Below, piece after piece: positions 8,831 to 20,022 of a DNA stretch of 64,000 bases. Where the stretch lies: positions 4,051 through 68,050 of the forward strand of contig LBYO01000004.1 of NCBI GenBank assembly GCA_000996205.1, given 5' to 3'. Position 1 is the stretch's first letter. Each line of letters begins with the position of its first letter. Origin of the DNA: Parcubacteria group bacterium GW2011_GWA1_40_21. GTDB lineage: Bacteria > Patescibacteriota > Minisyncoccia > Phycocordibacterales > GWA1-40-21. The position numbers and the translations under genes are program-made. The notes beneath the pieces were generated by a model that saw only the letters and a program-made list of their open reading frames with translations, was not told where the DNA came from and ran no database searches.

Positions 8831-10813
8831 TTAGAATGTGCCTTTAGTCAACTGAACAGGGCTGGTGTAGAAGGTGTCAATCCCCCAAGTCTGGTTGGTA
8901 ATAGTTACATCTCCGACGACGCTGTCAATGTTTGCAATAGCGCCGAATAGAGCTTGGCTAGAACCTAGGCTTGAGTTGTTTGAATATATTACACCCGTCA
9001 ATGTTACTGTGTATTCACCGGCATCACCCACTGAAGAATCCGTCGGTGAAGTCTGAATGGTAGGAGTTACAGAAATGGAATTGGCCGCAGTGTAAGCGCC
9101 GTTGGCCGCAGTGGTGGAAGCAAACACAAAAGTGAAGTTTCCTGCTGTCGGCTTAGTCATAGATCCACCATCAGCTTTAGCTTTCAAGACAATCGTAGCT
9201 GTGACAGAGCTTGAAGCGACTCCGACCACACCGGCAGTTCCGTTAGCTGAAGCGCTAACCAATGACCATTTAGGAACGGCTGAATACATATATTGGTCAT
9301 TTCCGGCTATTACGCTTGAAGGTCCGGCATTGCCTGTTGAGCCGTCCGGTTTCTCATAGACAACATCGGCGGCTGTCGCGGCGATGCTTGTGCTAGCCGC
9401 TTGACCGCTAACCGTTGTAGGGAAAGTGGCGCGAACCGTCAAAGTCTTAGTTGCATCCTTGGCAACCGCGACTGTCAAACCGCTGAATGTTATTTTCTCG
9501 GAAGCGTCTGAGCTTGTATCACTGACAGTCTGCGATCCTAGAACGGTGCTGCCATCCAACAATTCAAGTGTTGAAGGCATACCTGTTGTGGTTGTCGCCC
9601 TGACTGTAACTTTTACAGTTGTGATTGTTGCGTTACCTGTCGTGGCTTTGAAATCAATCGCTTGCATTGTAAGATTCTGCACTCCGTCAGTTGAGCTTAC
9701 TTTGCTGTTGTTTGATTTCGGAGTTGAAGCGACATTGGCTGAAGTGGTCAATGTTGAAGCGCCAGCTGAATTAAAGGTGTGTGTTCTGACATTTGCGGCC
9801 GCTGACATATCGGTGTAAGACTGAAGCCCCAAAGTGTCATAAGCTCTTATGTTCTGGCTGTTTCCGGTGTATCCTCTAATCGTCATAACTCTAGCCGTAT
9901 CGCTTGAGCTGATGGAAGCGGTGTTCACTTTGAAAGTCAAAGTTTTCGTCGCGTCTTTTGAAACTTTGAAGTTCATACCCGAGATAATGATGTGGTACAA
10001 GTCGCTTGAATCTTTGTTGAAATCAGATGATGAAAGCGATTTGCTCACAAGAAGAGTGTCGCCGTCATAAGCGCTGATTCCCGTTATAAATGAAGAAGGA
10101 TTCTGGGCAGTGCCTGAAACGGTTACCGCTACTTGCAAATCCGCTCTGTCAACCGTCATATCTGAACCGATAGCCTTAACTTCAATTCCGTACGCAGAGT
10201 AGTTGGTTGAAGTTCGGACATTGGCATTGTCAGCCGGTGTGGCTGAAAGCTTGGTTGTGATCAAACCTTCCGTGCCTCCGACGGTGCTGACTGAGCTTGC
10301 TACTGAAGAAGCGGCTGAGCTTGCTACTGAAGAAACCGAACTCGCGCTTGAAGCTGAAACAGCGTTCAGTGAGGCTCTTGTCGCGGCGTCAACCATACCT
10401 GTGGCTGAAATACCTTTTATTATCTGGTATTTCATAACGGCTGATTTTGTAAGAGCGCCGAAGTATGAAGATTCATTTCCAGGCGAACCGGCTCCGCTTG
10501 AAGCAACTTGCGTTCTTGAGTCCGTATTCAAGGATTTTTGCAAATTCGTTACTTCTGTTCCTCTGCTTCCCACTTTAAGGTCTAGAGTGAAGCTTGAAGT
10601 TGTCGTGTATCCGGATACAGCGGCTCTCGCTTGAGCGGCTTTGTCTGAAGAAATAATTCCGAGGCTGATAAAGAGCTCAACCAATTGGCTTAGGGAGACT
10701 CCCTGAGCGTTAGCGGATGTAGCTCCGATTCCCACAAAAAGAGAAAGAGCCATAGTGAAACCTACAACTCCCGCAACTATTTTTGCAGTTTTTGATTTTG
10801 TAAAATAACTCAT
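8831..10813 (-). CDS. secreted Ser/Thr-rich surface protein with a peptidoglycan-binding domain
   Basis: 660 aa with a signal peptide. '[15 protein letters not shown]...[26 protein letters not shown]' resembles PG_binding_1. Long S/T/A-rich low-complexity regions follow. Confidence 0.55.
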   Translation of the reverse strand: MSYFTKSKTAKIVAGVVGFTMALSLFVGIGATSANAQGVSLSQLVELFISLGIISSDKAAQARAAVSGYTTTSSFTLDLKVGSRGTEVTNLQKSLNTDSRTQVASSGAGSPGNESSYFGALTKSAVMKYQIIKGISATGMVDAATRASLNAVSASSASSVSSVASSAASSVASSVSTVGGTEGLITTKLSATPADNANVRTSTNYSAYGIEVKAIGSDMTVDRADLQVAVTVSGTAQNPSSFITGISAYDGDTLLVSKSLSSSDFNKDSSDLYHIIISGMNFKVSKDATKTLTFKVNTASISSSDTARVMTIRGYTGNSQNIRAYDTLGLQSYTDMSAAANVRTHTFNSAGASTLTTSANVASTPKSNNSKVSSTDGVQNLTMQAIDFKATTGNATITTVKVTVRATTTTGMPSTLELLDGSTVLGSQTVSDTSSDASEKITFSGLTVAVAKDATKTLTVRATFPTTVSGQAASTSIAATAADVVYEKPDGSTGNAGPSSVIAGNDQYMYSAVPKWSLVSASANGTAGVVGVASSSVTATIVLKAKADGGSMTKPTAGNFTFVFASTTAANGAYTAANSISVTPTIQTSPTDSSVGDAGEYTVTLTGVIYSNNSSLGSSQALFGAIANIDSVVGDVTITNQTWGIDTFYTSPVQLTKGTF

Positions 10814-11736
10814 AATTTTTAATGCTAATTTTCTTTATAATTTCTTTTCAGCTTACTTATAAAACTAATAATTTTAGAAAAGAAATTATTTTTGGCTAAA
10901 ACATTTTTAAAATGTTCGCCTGAACGCGATTGATTCCAACGACTTCGCGACCTGACTTAACTACTTAACTGACTGTTTAAAACGATTGGAAACTTTTTAC
11001 AGTTCCCTTTCGCGTTCTATCACCAAACCAGCTATCTTATATTTTTGCGGGCATTTATTTGCCGGCAAGATCGACACAAGATTGGCTGGCTTAGCTAACT
11101 AAATTTGATCTGACAATCTGCCATTGGCTAACAACAATCCGAAATAAGACTTTCAGAAAAACTAAAATTCTCTATTTAATTTTCAACGACCTTATTCTTA
11201 ACTTTCTTACTGAAAAATTTACTTACTTTTTTATTCCGTGCTTTGATAATTACTTTAAAAAATAATTATCAATCGTAAGTATAATCCCTATCTAATAGTT
11301 CTGCAAAATGAAATCTGTGGATAACTGCCGAATCGGCTTTTTAAGCCTTGTTTTCAGCCTTTGAAGCCGTATTTTGACAGAATTATCCATCAGTTCATAA
11401 TAATTGCAAAAATATGAAGAAAAGTCAATCGGCAGAAGGTTTTAGGTGGTAGGTGGTAGGGATTAGGTTGTGGGTGGTAGGTTGTAGGTGGTAGGTTTTT
11501 AGCTTCTTAGTGAAGAGGTTAGGAAGATAGAAAAATAGAAAATTTTCGTCACCTCTGTCATTCCCGTGAAGACGGGAATCTAGGGTATTTCTTGCTGACT
11601 CTGGATTCCCGCCGGAGCCTGCCCTCCGTGAAGACGGTGAGGCGGGAATGACAGAAGGAACTAAATAACCTACCGTTCCATCTTTTCCGTCCTACAACCT
11701 ACTACCTAAAACCTACAACCTAGTCCTCACTGTCCT

Positions 11737-12597
11737 TTACGAAGCCAGAGAATACTTGCTCCATCTTCTTTCGCCTTCTTTCTTAAGGACACCTTTATCA
11801 ACCAAACTTAACAGCTCTCTTTGAATCGTCTTCTCACTGCAATCCGAAACTATACTTGAAACATCTTTTACGCTAATTTCTTTAGTCTTTTTCAAGAGAT
11901 TTATTATAACTTCATACCTTTTATTTTTGTCCTTAATAGTATGTCCTTTAATAAAGGACATACTCACCTTTTCTTCTTTATTATTGTCCTTTATCGGGAA
12001 ATGTCCTTTAAGTGAATTTGCTTCAAGAGCAGTCTCCTTGCCTGAATTTTGTTCAATCGTTTTTCTAATGTCCTTTTCATTTAAAATGGTGTCTGTCTGC
12101 GCCAATTTGCTGCGGCTGTCGGAATAATCTTCGGACGTTTCAAAAAAATTTTTTGATAACAGAAACTTGGAGTTCAAACCTCTTTCTTTTAATTCAACCA
12201 ATTCAACGATTCTTTCAATCTCGAACTTTATAATTTCGCAATTCATAGGAGAAAAGATTCCTGAAATATTCGCGGCTTCAAGCAAAGAAATAATCTCAAA
12301 AGAGGCGGAGATGAAATTATTCATCGCGTCGGCGCGATAGCGATGTCCTTGATTGGAGGATAAATTTATACTATAAGACAACAGGCGGGTTGAGGTCTCT
12401 CTCATCTTCCACCTGATCGGCTCATTGTCCGATAGAAAACCGGTGATTAGATAAATTGCCGAGACCAGTCTTTCTGTCTTTTTGAAGATGAAAGCAACCT
12501 GCGTGTCATTTTGAAAAATACTCACAGTCTTCAAATTAAGCTTGCTGTAGCTTGCTTGATTTTCTATCTCTTTATTTTTATTGTTTTTATCATCCAT
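11737..12597 (-). CDS. hypothetical protein with a C-terminal winged-helix DNA-binding domain
   Basis: 286 aa. The C-terminal 'ISVKDVSSIVSDCSEKTIQRELLSLVDKGVLKKEGERRWSKYSL' is DeoR/MarR-like wHTH. Confidence 0.45.
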   Translation of the reverse strand: MDDKNNKNKEIENQASYSKLNLKTVSIFQNDTQVAFIFKKTERLVSAIYLITGFLSDNEPIRWKMRETSTRLLSYSINLSSNQGHRYRADAMNNFISASFEIISLLEAANISGIFSPMNCEIIKFEIERIVELVELKERGLNSKFLLSKNFFETSEDYSDSRSKLAQTDTILNEKDIRKTIEQNSGKETALEANSLKGHFPIKDNNKEEKVSMSFIKGHTIKDKNKRYEVIINLLKKTKEISVKDVSSIVSDCSEKTIQRELLSLVDKGVLKKEGERRWSKYSLAS

Positions 12598-12966
12598 ATT
12601 GTCTTTTTAAGAAAAATAGTGTCTTTTAATTGTCCGTTAAGGCCTTTTCGCACTCTTGAAGTGTCTTATTAAAAACCGCTCTTCGCGCAAGTTCCACTAA
12701 CCTATTTAATGTCCATTATATATCGGACATTAAAGAAGTGTAAAGACGAAATCGGCATTGGAAAATAAAATTTACACTTTGTCATTACCGTGAAAACGGG
12801 ATTCTAGACATCTGCCTCTAGAAATTAAATTATTTTTTCTGCTATAATGTTTCAGGTAGTAGGGATTAGGTTGTAGGTGTTAGATATAATACGAATCTGG
12901 ATTCCCGCCGGAGTCTATCCCGAATCTTGCTTCGGGACGGGAATGACAGAGAAGGAAAACTAAAAA

Positions 12967-15204
12967 ATGGCGAAAAAATATAAAAAAGAAACAAAAGAAG
13001 ATGATAAGAAAAATGATAGCGACGGCATTTTGAGCCAGTTGAGCGATGAGACGAAGCAAGCCGTGTTCGGGATAATTTTTTTTGTTTTGGCAGTACTTTC
13101 AATACTGGCGTCTTTTCATAAGTCCGGCATGGTCGGCAATAAAATCTACGACATATCAGCGCGGCTTTTGGGCGTAGGGTACTTTCTCATTCCCCTTCTT
13201 TTCTTGCTCCTTGGAATTTCTTTCTTGAGAGCAAAAAAGAGAGAGCTCAACTGGCTTAAAATTTCCGGAATAATAATTTTCTTTATTTCAGGACTTGGAG
13301 CTATCGGAGTGATTTGGACAAAAAAAGGAGGGGTCATCGGCAATGTCATTTCTTCCCCGCTCATAAAATTATTTGACTTCTATACAAGCATCATCATACT
13401 GATCGCGCTTCTCGCGATATCATCTCTCGTAATTTTTGAAACTAAGCTCAACGCCGATTCTTTCGCGTCGCTCATCAAATTGTTCCGAAAAAAGGACGCG
13501 GGTGAAGATAACAATGAAGAAGTGAAAATAATAAACGGGAACGATGACGGCAAAACGGAAGATGCCAGAGAGAAAGAAAAAGAAAACGAAGATAAAATGG
13601 AAAAAAAATCAAAATCCAAGACAGACAAGACGAAAGAAAAAGAAGAGGACGGAGAATTTTCCATCAAAACAAAACGAATTGCTTACGGAAAATCATACGC
13701 TCCTCCGCCACTTTCGCTTTTGGACAGAGACAGCGGCAAGCCGGAAGTCGGCGACATCAAAGCTAACGCCAACATCATAAAGAGAACGCTACTGAAGTTT
13801 GGGATTGACGTGGAAATGGATGAGATATCAATAGGACCTTCCGTCACAAGATATTCCCTCAAGCCCGCCGAGGGCATCAAGGTTTCCCGCATCGTAGCTC
13901 TTCAAAATGACCTCGCTTTGGCACTTGCCGCTCACCCGATAAGGATAGAAGCTCCCATTCCCGGGAAATCTCTGGTGGGCATAGAGATACCGAACAGCGT
14001 CAAAACCACAGTCGGCTTGGGCACGATTTTGGCGAGCGATGAATATCAGCTATCCGGCAAACCGCTTCTAGTATCTCTTGGCAAAAGCATTCCAGGCAAA
14101 TGTTATTTCGGCAATATGGAAAAGATGCCCCACCTTCTTATAGCCGGAGCCACAGGCTCCGGCAAGTCGGTGACAATTCATTCCATAATCACATCTCTCT
14201 TATTTAGGAATTCTCCGGAGCATATGAAATTTATGATGATTGACCCGAAAAGAGTTGAATTGACTTTATATAATAAAATCCCGCACCTTCTCACGCCGGT
14301 AATCACCGACCCGAAGAAAGCAATTCTAGCACTCAAATGGGCGGCAAAAGAAATGGATAGGCGTTATGACATTCTTGAAGCGGAAAAAGTCAGAGATATT
14401 GAGTCTTATCATCAAAACATACTGGGAAGCGGGAAAATCGTGAACGATAAAAAAGACGGGAACGGCGAGGAAGAAACCATTGAAACAATGCCTTATATCA
14501 TAATCGTAATAGACGAGCTGGCCGACATTATGCAGTCTTATCCGCGCGAGCTGGAATCGGCAATCGTAAGACTCGCGCAGATGAGCCGAGCGGTCGGTAT
14601 CCACCTTATTCTTTCCACCCAAAGGCCATCGGTGAATGTCATTACCGGACTTATCAAAGCGAACATTCCGGCAAGAATCGCACTCCAGGTGGCTTCGCAA
14701 ATTGACTCAAGGACAATCCTTGATACAGGCGGGGCGGAAAAGCTTCTAGGTGCCGGCGATATGCTCTACATCGGCGCGGAAATGTCCAAACCAGTAAGAC
14801 TTCAATCCCCTTTCATATCAGAAACGGAAGTTAAAAAAGTTGTTAAATACCTGACCGACGCTTATAAGAATGAGATTCCGAGCGGGATAAACTTCACCGA
14901 AAATAACGAGAAGAACATCGCTTTTGACGCGATGTTTGAAAACGAAAGTATGGAAGACGAAGATGAACTTTACGAAAAAGCCAAAGAAGAAGTTTTAAAA
15001 GCCGGCAGGGGTTCAACGTCTTACCTGCAAAGAAGACTGGGGGTCGGATATTCGCGCGCCGCGAAACTGATAGACATCTTGGAAGAAAAAGGCGTGATAG
15101 GCCCGCCGAACGGATCAAAGCCCCGCGAGGTGATTGGCGGCAAAGACAATGCTGAACAATTGGCGAAAATCGGCGGTGATTTGCCCGACAATAATCCAAT
15201 ATGA
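12967..15204 (+). CDS. ftsK: DNA translocase FtsK/SpoIIIE
   Basis: 745 aa with N-terminal TM helices, Walker A 'LLIAGATGSGKSV', and a C-terminal gamma-domain wHTH (GRGSTSYLQRRLGVGYSRAAKLIDILEEKGVIG). Confidence 0.9.
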   Translation: MAKKYKKETKEDDKKNDSDGILSQLSDETKQAVFGIIFFVLAVLSILASFHKSGMVGNKIYDISARLLGVGYFLIPLLFLLLGISFLRAKKRELNWLKISGIIIFFISGLGAIGVIWTKKGGVIGNVISSPLIKLFDFYTSIIILIALLAISSLVIFETKLNADSFASLIKLFRKKDAGEDNNEEVKIINGNDDGKTEDAREKEKENEDKMEKKSKSKTDKTKEKEEDGEFSIKTKRIAYGKSYAPPPLSLLDRDSGKPEVGDIKANANIIKRTLLKFGIDVEMDEISIGPSVTRYSLKPAEGIKVSRIVALQNDLALALAAHPIRIEAPIPGKSLVGIEIPNSVKTTVGLGTILASDEYQLSGKPLLVSLGKSIPGKCYFGNMEKMPHLLIAGATGSGKSVTIHSIITSLLFRNSPEHMKFMMIDPKRVELTLYNKIPHLLTPVITDPKKAILALKWAAKEMDRRYDILEAEKVRDIESYHQNILGSGKIVNDKKDGNGEEETIETMPYIIIVIDELADIMQSYPRELESAIVRLAQMSRAVGIHLILSTQRPSVNVITGLIKANIPARIALQVASQIDSRTILDTGGAEKLLGAGDMLYIGAEMSKPVRLQSPFISETEVKKVVKYLTDAYKNEIPSGINFTENNEKNIAFDAMFENESMEDEDELYEKAKEEVLKAGRGSTSYLQRRLGVGYSRAAKLIDILEEKGVIGPPNGSKPREVIGGKDNAEQLAKIGGDLPDNNPI

Positions 15205-15551
15205 GCAGAAGAAAATTAAAATTATCCGTTAAAATATTTCTAGGGTCGTTGTTTCTTTTTTTAATCTTAGGCTATTCTTTTTATCAATCAAGAAGCCTTA
15301 TCACGGGACCTTTGATAACAATAAATGAACCTGAAAACGGATCCACTGTCACGCGGCAATTGGTGACTATAGCCGGCGCCGCCAAAAATATAAATAAAAT
15401 AACCTTGGACGACAGACCGATATATGTTGACGAGGCTGGCGTTTTCAGTGAGAAATTGCTGTTGTCGGAAGGCTATAATATAATTAAAATAAGCGCGTGG
15501 GACAAATTCAGCAAAAAAACGGAGAAGACGATTGAGCTTGTCTATCGGTAG
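15201..15551 (+). CDS. hypothetical membrane-anchored protein
   Basis: 116 aa, N-terminal TM. It overlaps the ftsK stop by 4 nt. Confidence 0.45.
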   Translation: MSRRKLKLSVKIFLGSLFLFLILGYSFYQSRSLITGPLITINEPENGSTVTRQLVTIAGAAKNINKITLDDRPIYVDEAGVFSEKLLLSEGYNIIKISAWDKFSKKTEKTIELVYR

Positions 15552-15787
15552 AAGGTTGTAGCTTATTAGTGGAGAAAGGAATATAGCTTTTTAGCTTGTA
15601 GCTTGTTAGGGAAGATTGAAGATTGGGGAAATAGCTTTTTAGCTTGTAGCTGTTTAGGAAAAATTAAGAGTATAATAGTAGAAAGCTGATAATGATAAAT
15701 TAATAATTAAATAGAGAAAGTGGCTGTTTAGGTAAGATTCAGTCCTAACAAGCTATCTGACTACAAGCTAAAAAGCTAAATAAAACT

Positions 15788-16804
15788 ATGATGAAAAAAG
15801 AAAAAAAGGAAATTGCGCCTAAGGCGACTTCAGCGAACATAGAGGATACCTTGCAGGCGATAAAAACAAAATTCGGAGAGGATTCTATTATGAAGCTCGG
15901 TGATAAGCCGAAAGTGAATATTAATGCCATATCCACCGGCTCAATCGGGCTAGACGCGGCGCTGGGAATCGGCGGGCTTCCCCGCGGAAGAATTGTTGAA
16001 ATTTTCGGTCCGGAATCTTCCGGAAAAACAACGCTATCGCTTCATGTAATCGCCGAGGCTCAGAAGCTCGGCGGAATTTGCGCTTTCATAGACGCCGAAC
16101 ACGCGATGGATCCCGAATATTCAAAAAGGCTTGGCGTAAAAATAGACGAGCTTTTGATTTCTCAGCCTGACACCGGAGAACAGGCGCTTGAGATAGTGGA
16201 CAGCTTGGTGCGGTCGGGAAAAATTGATGTCATTGTGATTGACTCGGTGGCGGCGCTTACACCGAAAGACGAGATTGAGGGCGATATGGGAGCATATCAT
16301 GTCGGCAAGCAGGCCCGCCTTATGTCCCAAGCCTTGAGAAAGCTTACTGCCATAGTCGCTAAAAGCAAAACTATCGTAATTTTCATCAATCAAATAAGAA
16401 TGCAGATAGGAGTGATGTTCGGCAATCCGGAGACAACCCCGGGAGGCAAAGCTTTAAAATTCTACACTTCCGTCCGACTGGATATAAGAAGAATAGCCCA
16501 GATTAAAAAAGGCGAAGAGATTATGGGCGGAAGGATAAGAGTCAAAGTTGTGAAAAACAAAGTCGCTCCCCCATTCAAGCAGACGGAGTTTGATCTTATG
16601 TATAACGAAGGAATTTCGCGTGAAGGAGAAATAATCGCTCTAGGCGAAAAGATGGGGATAGTCAAAAAAACCGGCAACTCCTACAGTTTCGGCGAGGAAA
16701 AACTGGGCCGTGGCTACGATGCCACTCGCCAATTCCTGAAAGAAAACGAGAAAATCACAAATAAAATTTTGGAAGAAATAAAAGCTAAGCTTAAGGAAAT
16801 CTAA
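15788..16804 (+). CDS. recA: recombinase RecA
   Basis: '[16 protein letters not shown]' Walker A. 'IDAEHAMDP', 'VIDSVAAL' and '[15 protein letters not shown]' are all canonical RecA motifs. Confidence 0.95.
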   Translation: MMKKEKKEIAPKATSANIEDTLQAIKTKFGEDSIMKLGDKPKVNINAISTGSIGLDAALGIGGLPRGRIVEIFGPESSGKTTLSLHVIAEAQKLGGICAFIDAEHAMDPEYSKRLGVKIDELLISQPDTGEQALEIVDSLVRSGKIDVIVIDSVAALTPKDEIEGDMGAYHVGKQARLMSQALRKLTAIVAKSKTIVIFINQIRMQIGVMFGNPETTPGGKALKFYTSVRLDIRRIAQIKKGEEIMGGRIRVKVVKNKVAPPFKQTEFDLMYNEGISREGEIIALGEKMGIVKKTGNSYSFGEEKLGRGYDATRQFLKENEKITNKILEEIKAKLKEI

Positions 16805-16909
16805 TTAGCAAAATAGCTTTTTAGCTTGTAGCTTGTTAGTAAGATAGTGATGACAAACTTTCTTCCTAAAAAGCTAAACAGCTACAAGCTACTAACCTAA
16901 ACAAAAAAT

Positions 16910-17470
16910 ATGCTTGAATACAACGAAATAGTGGAAAGAAAATTTATCATTCTTGACGGAGTGCCTTACGAGGTCGTGAGTTCCCACGTCTTCAGAAAAC
17001 AACAGAGAAAGCCGGTCAACGCTACGAAGCTCAGAAATCTTCTGACTGGAAAAATTACGGAGAGATCGTTCCATCAATCCGAGAAAGTTGAAGAAGCGGA
17101 AATCATATCAAGAGAAATAAAATATCTTTATACCAATAAGGGTGAGTACTGGTTTTCCGAAATAAATGATCCGAGCAAAAGATTCAAGCTTGAAACGGAA
17201 ATGGTAGGTCATCAAGGTAAATTTCTAAAACAGAATTCCGTTGTCAAAGCTTTGGTGTTCAACGAAAATATTATCGGACTTAAAGTTCCTATAAAAGTTG
17301 AACTTAAAGTCACCGAAGCGCCACCGGCTGTCAAAGGAGATACCGTGACGGGTGGCACAAAACAAATCACCTTGGAAACGGGTGCTGTCATCAACGCCCC
17401 CCTGTTTGTGAACGAAGGCGATGTGATAAGAGTCAATACAGAAACAGAAGAATACGCGGAAAGGGTTTAA
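16910..17470 (+). CDS. efp: elongation factor P
   Basis: 186 aa. The N-terminal KOW-like region and C-terminal 'KGDTVTGGTKQITLETGAVINAPLFVNEGDVIRVNT' match the EF-P signature. Confidence 0.9.
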   Translation: MLEYNEIVERKFIILDGVPYEVVSSHVFRKQQRKPVNATKLRNLLTGKITERSFHQSEKVEEAEIISREIKYLYTNKGEYWFSEINDPSKRFKLETEMVGHQGKFLKQNSVVKALVFNENIIGLKVPIKVELKVTEAPPAVKGDTVTGGTKQITLETGAVINAPLFVNEGDVIRVNTETEEYAERV

Positions 17471-17584
17471 GAAGTTATAAAGTAGAAAGTTATCAATTTC
17501 ATAAAGTTAAAACGGGAAGTAAAAAAAGAATTTATCTTTACTTTATAACTTTATAACTTTATAACTTTATAAACTTTCAACTAT

Positions 17585-17785
17585 TTATCTGGCTACATAG
17601 GGCAAGAGAGCCATAAATCTGGCGCGCTTCACGGACATAGCAAGCTTCCTCTGATTTTTAGCAGTTACGCAGGTCTTCTTTTTGGATATTATTCTGGCGT
17701 GCGGATTTAAAAACTTTTTTAGAATCTCCGTGTCTTTATAATCTATATGATTGATATTATTTTGTGAAAAAAAGCATTGTTTCAT
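17585..17785 (-). CDS. rpsR: 30S ribosomal protein bS18
   Basis: 66 aa. 'DYKDTEILKKFLNPHARIISKKKT...QRKLAMSVKRARFMALLPY' matches the S18 signature. Confidence 0.85.
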   Translation of the reverse strand: MKQCFFSQNNINHIDYKDTEILKKFLNPHARIISKKKTCVTAKNQRKLAMSVKRARFMALLPYVAR

Positions 17786-17884
17786 AAGTTTAATTTTTTA
17801 GATTAGTAGCTTATTAGCTTCTTAGCTCATTCAAATTTCTTTCCTAAAAAGCTACAAGCTACTCTCCTGATTATTTCATTATTA

Positions 17885-18367
17885 TTAAAATGGGATGTCT
17901 TCCGGATTTATTTCTTCTTGAGGATACTCGATAGTATCAAGGTTTTCCGCTTTATTCAAGCTTTCTCCTTTATTAGCTGGTGATTGCCCCGATCCTGCTT
18001 GGCTGAAATTACCCGCGCCGGCTGGGGCTCCGAATCCGCCGGGTCTTGGACCAAACTGAACGCTGTCGGCGACAATTTCCGTCCTGTATTTCTTGGTGCC
18101 GTCTTGAGCATCCCAGCTTCTCGTCTGCATTCTTCCTTCAACCAAAGCATTTGATCCTTTTTTGAGATATTGAGCGGAAGTTTCCGCCTGTCTTCCGAAG
18201 ACAACTATATTATGAAAGTCCACACTCTCCTGCTTTGCCCCGTCTTTGTTTTTCCAAACTCTGTTCGTGGCAAGAGAAAATGTCGTCACTTTTATCCCCG
18301 AAGGAAGAGATTTTATTTCTGGGTCCCTCGTCAGATTGCCTATTACAAAAGCTTTGTTCAAATACAT
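17885..18367 (-). CDS. ssb: single-stranded DNA-binding protein
   Basis: OB-fold N-terminus (FVIGNLTRDPEIK...VDFHNIVVFGRQAE), a Gly/Pro-rich linker and the acidic 'DIPF' C-terminal tip. Confidence 0.9.
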   Translation of the reverse strand: MYLNKAFVIGNLTRDPEIKSLPSGIKVTTFSLATNRVWKNKDGAKQESVDFHNIVVFGRQAETSAQYLKKGSNALVEGRMQTRSWDAQDGTKKYRTEIVADSVQFGPRPGGFGAPAGAGNFSQAGSGQSPANKGESLNKAENLDTIEYPQEEINPEDIPF

Positions 18368-18372
18368 AAAAA

Positions 18373-18885
18373 TTACTCCGCTATTAGCTTATCAATGGTC
18401 TTGTCTAATTCTTCTTGCGAAATTGGGGATTTGATTTCTTTTTCCGCTGAATCTTTTTTCACCGCCCTTATCTCCTCTTTGACTAAAACAGCAACGGGTA
18501 TTTTAGGAGAAAACAAAGTGTTTTCTCTAACGGTTTTTATCAAAAGAAACCTTAATATATTTTCATTTTCGTCAAGAAACTTCTTTATTTTGGCTATGGA
18601 CGCCTCTCCAACGTCAAATTTAATCCAGCCGAAATATGCGGTATCAAAATTTCGCTTTGCCCCGCCTACGGTTTTCTTGATAGAGTAAGCGAGTTCGCGC
18701 ATTTTAGGAAGTTCTTCCGATATGATTGAGGCTCCCTCTTTCACAAGAAAATTTTTAATATTTTCAACTTCATTGGGAAGATTCTCTATAGAAACATCGG
18801 ACACGATATGATAACCGACTTCATACACCTGAAGATTGTTCCCTTCTTTTTCTTGCTTATTCTCTTTCTCTGCTTTTTTTTCCAT
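18373..18885 (-). CDS. rpsF: 30S ribosomal protein bS6 (start probably at the internal Met MEKK)
   Basis: 'YEVGYHIVSDVS...GGAKRNFDTAYFGWIKF...ILRFLLIKT' matches S6. Sits in the conserved rpsF-ssb-rpsR arrangement. The longest ORF extends to 18921. Confidence 0.8.
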   Translation of the reverse strand: MEKKAEKENKQEKEGNNLQVYEVGYHIVSDVSIENLPNEVENIKNFLVKEGASIISEELPKMRELAYSIKKTVGGAKRNFDTAYFGWIKFDVGEASIAKIKKFLDENENILRFLLIKTVRENTLFSPKIPVAVLVKEEIRAVKKDSAEKEIKSPISQEELDKTIDKLIAE

Positions 18886-19146
18886 ATCGGACAGATTAAC
18901 ACAGGAGGCAAGCCAATGCAAGGATTAGTTTATGGTTTATAGGGACTAGGTTATAGATTTTAGAAAAGAGAAATCAATATCAATTTCTAATTAAATAGGA
19001 CATACGCACTTGACCAGTTTTTATTAAAAATCTTACAAAATACGGCTCAAAACCCCTTTATTTTGTAGGGAAAATGATTAAACTTAACCAAGTGCGTAAG
19101 TCCTATAAATCCTGATTCCTAAAACCTAATCACTAGCCACTAATCA

Positions 19147-19968
19147 CTAGAACCTAATCCCAAACACTCTCAAACTGTTTTTCAAAATTTGTTCTCTTGT
19201 TTTATCAAACTCTTCTCCGCGGATTTGAGCGATTTTTCTAACGACTTCCGCGACATATAAGGGCTCGTTTCTCTTCCCCCTGTGAGGAACAGGCGCAACC
19301 AATGGAGAATCGGTTTCCGCCATTATCATATCCAGCGGCGCGTTTTTTATCACTTCATCATAATCTCTGGCGAAAGTGATCACACCGGTGAAAGAAAGCG
19401 TGAAGCCGAGGTCAAGAAATTTTTTTGCAGTTTCCCAACTGCCCGCGAAAAAATGCATATTCCCGCGGAGTTTTGAGTCTCGCGCCGCGGAATACGAACG
19501 CAGAATTTCCAAAAGGTCGGCATAAGCATTGCGACAATGAATCATAAGAGGTTTATCCAATTCTAGAGCCAACTCTATCTGCATTTCAAAAATCTTTTTC
19601 TGTCTTTGCTTTTCACTTTCCACTTTTGACTTTTGACTTGCTTGATTATTTTCGTCTAAACGAAAATAATCAAGCCCGCACTCTCCTACCGCCACGACTT
19701 TAGGATTCGTGAATAATTTTTTGTAAACCGCCGCGTCAAAATCTTCGTTCCCGTCGTCCGTCGGATGAAGTCCGGCGGAAGAAAAAATGCCATCGTTAGC
19801 CGCGGCGTCTTTCGCGGCTTTTTTTGAATTTTTAAAATCAGTACCGACATCAATCGCCCAAATATTTTTTTCCTTCATTCGCCCTATCACCGCTTCCCTA
19901 TCTGCGTCAAAATCGGGAAAGCTTATATGTGAATGAATATCTATGTATTCCGGCATAATCATAGTCAA
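19147..19968 (-). CDS. tatD: TatD-family metal-dependent hydrolase
   Basis: 'IDIHSHI', 'AVGECGLDY', 'MIHCR', 'HFFAG' and 'ETDSPL' are TatD motifs. It carries a low-complexity insertion QASQKSKVESEKQRQKK encoded by a heptamer repeat. Confidence 0.8.
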   Translation of the reverse strand: MTMIMPEYIDIHSHISFPDFDADREAVIGRMKEKNIWAIDVGTDFKNSKKAAKDAAANDGIFSSAGLHPTDDGNEDFDAAVYKKLFTNPKVVAVGECGLDYFRLDENNQASQKSKVESEKQRQKKIFEMQIELALELDKPLMIHCRNAYADLLEILRSYSAARDSKLRGNMHFFAGSWETAKKFLDLGFTLSFTGVITFARDYDEVIKNAPLDMIMAETDSPLVAPVPHRGKRNEPLYVAEVVRKIAQIRGEEFDKTREQILKNSLRVFGIRF

Positions 19969-20022
19969 TCTTTTCTTGGAAACAAAGCCTTCTCGGGCAT
20001 TTTATTTTCCCTTATCGCTTTT

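Noticed and set aside
15555-15785. Possible CRISPR array suggested by repeated agcttgtagc motifs
   Set aside because: The repeats are inverted (palindromic pairs) with irregular spacing and variable sequence. They are not uniform direct repeats separated by unique spacers, and no cas genes are in the window.
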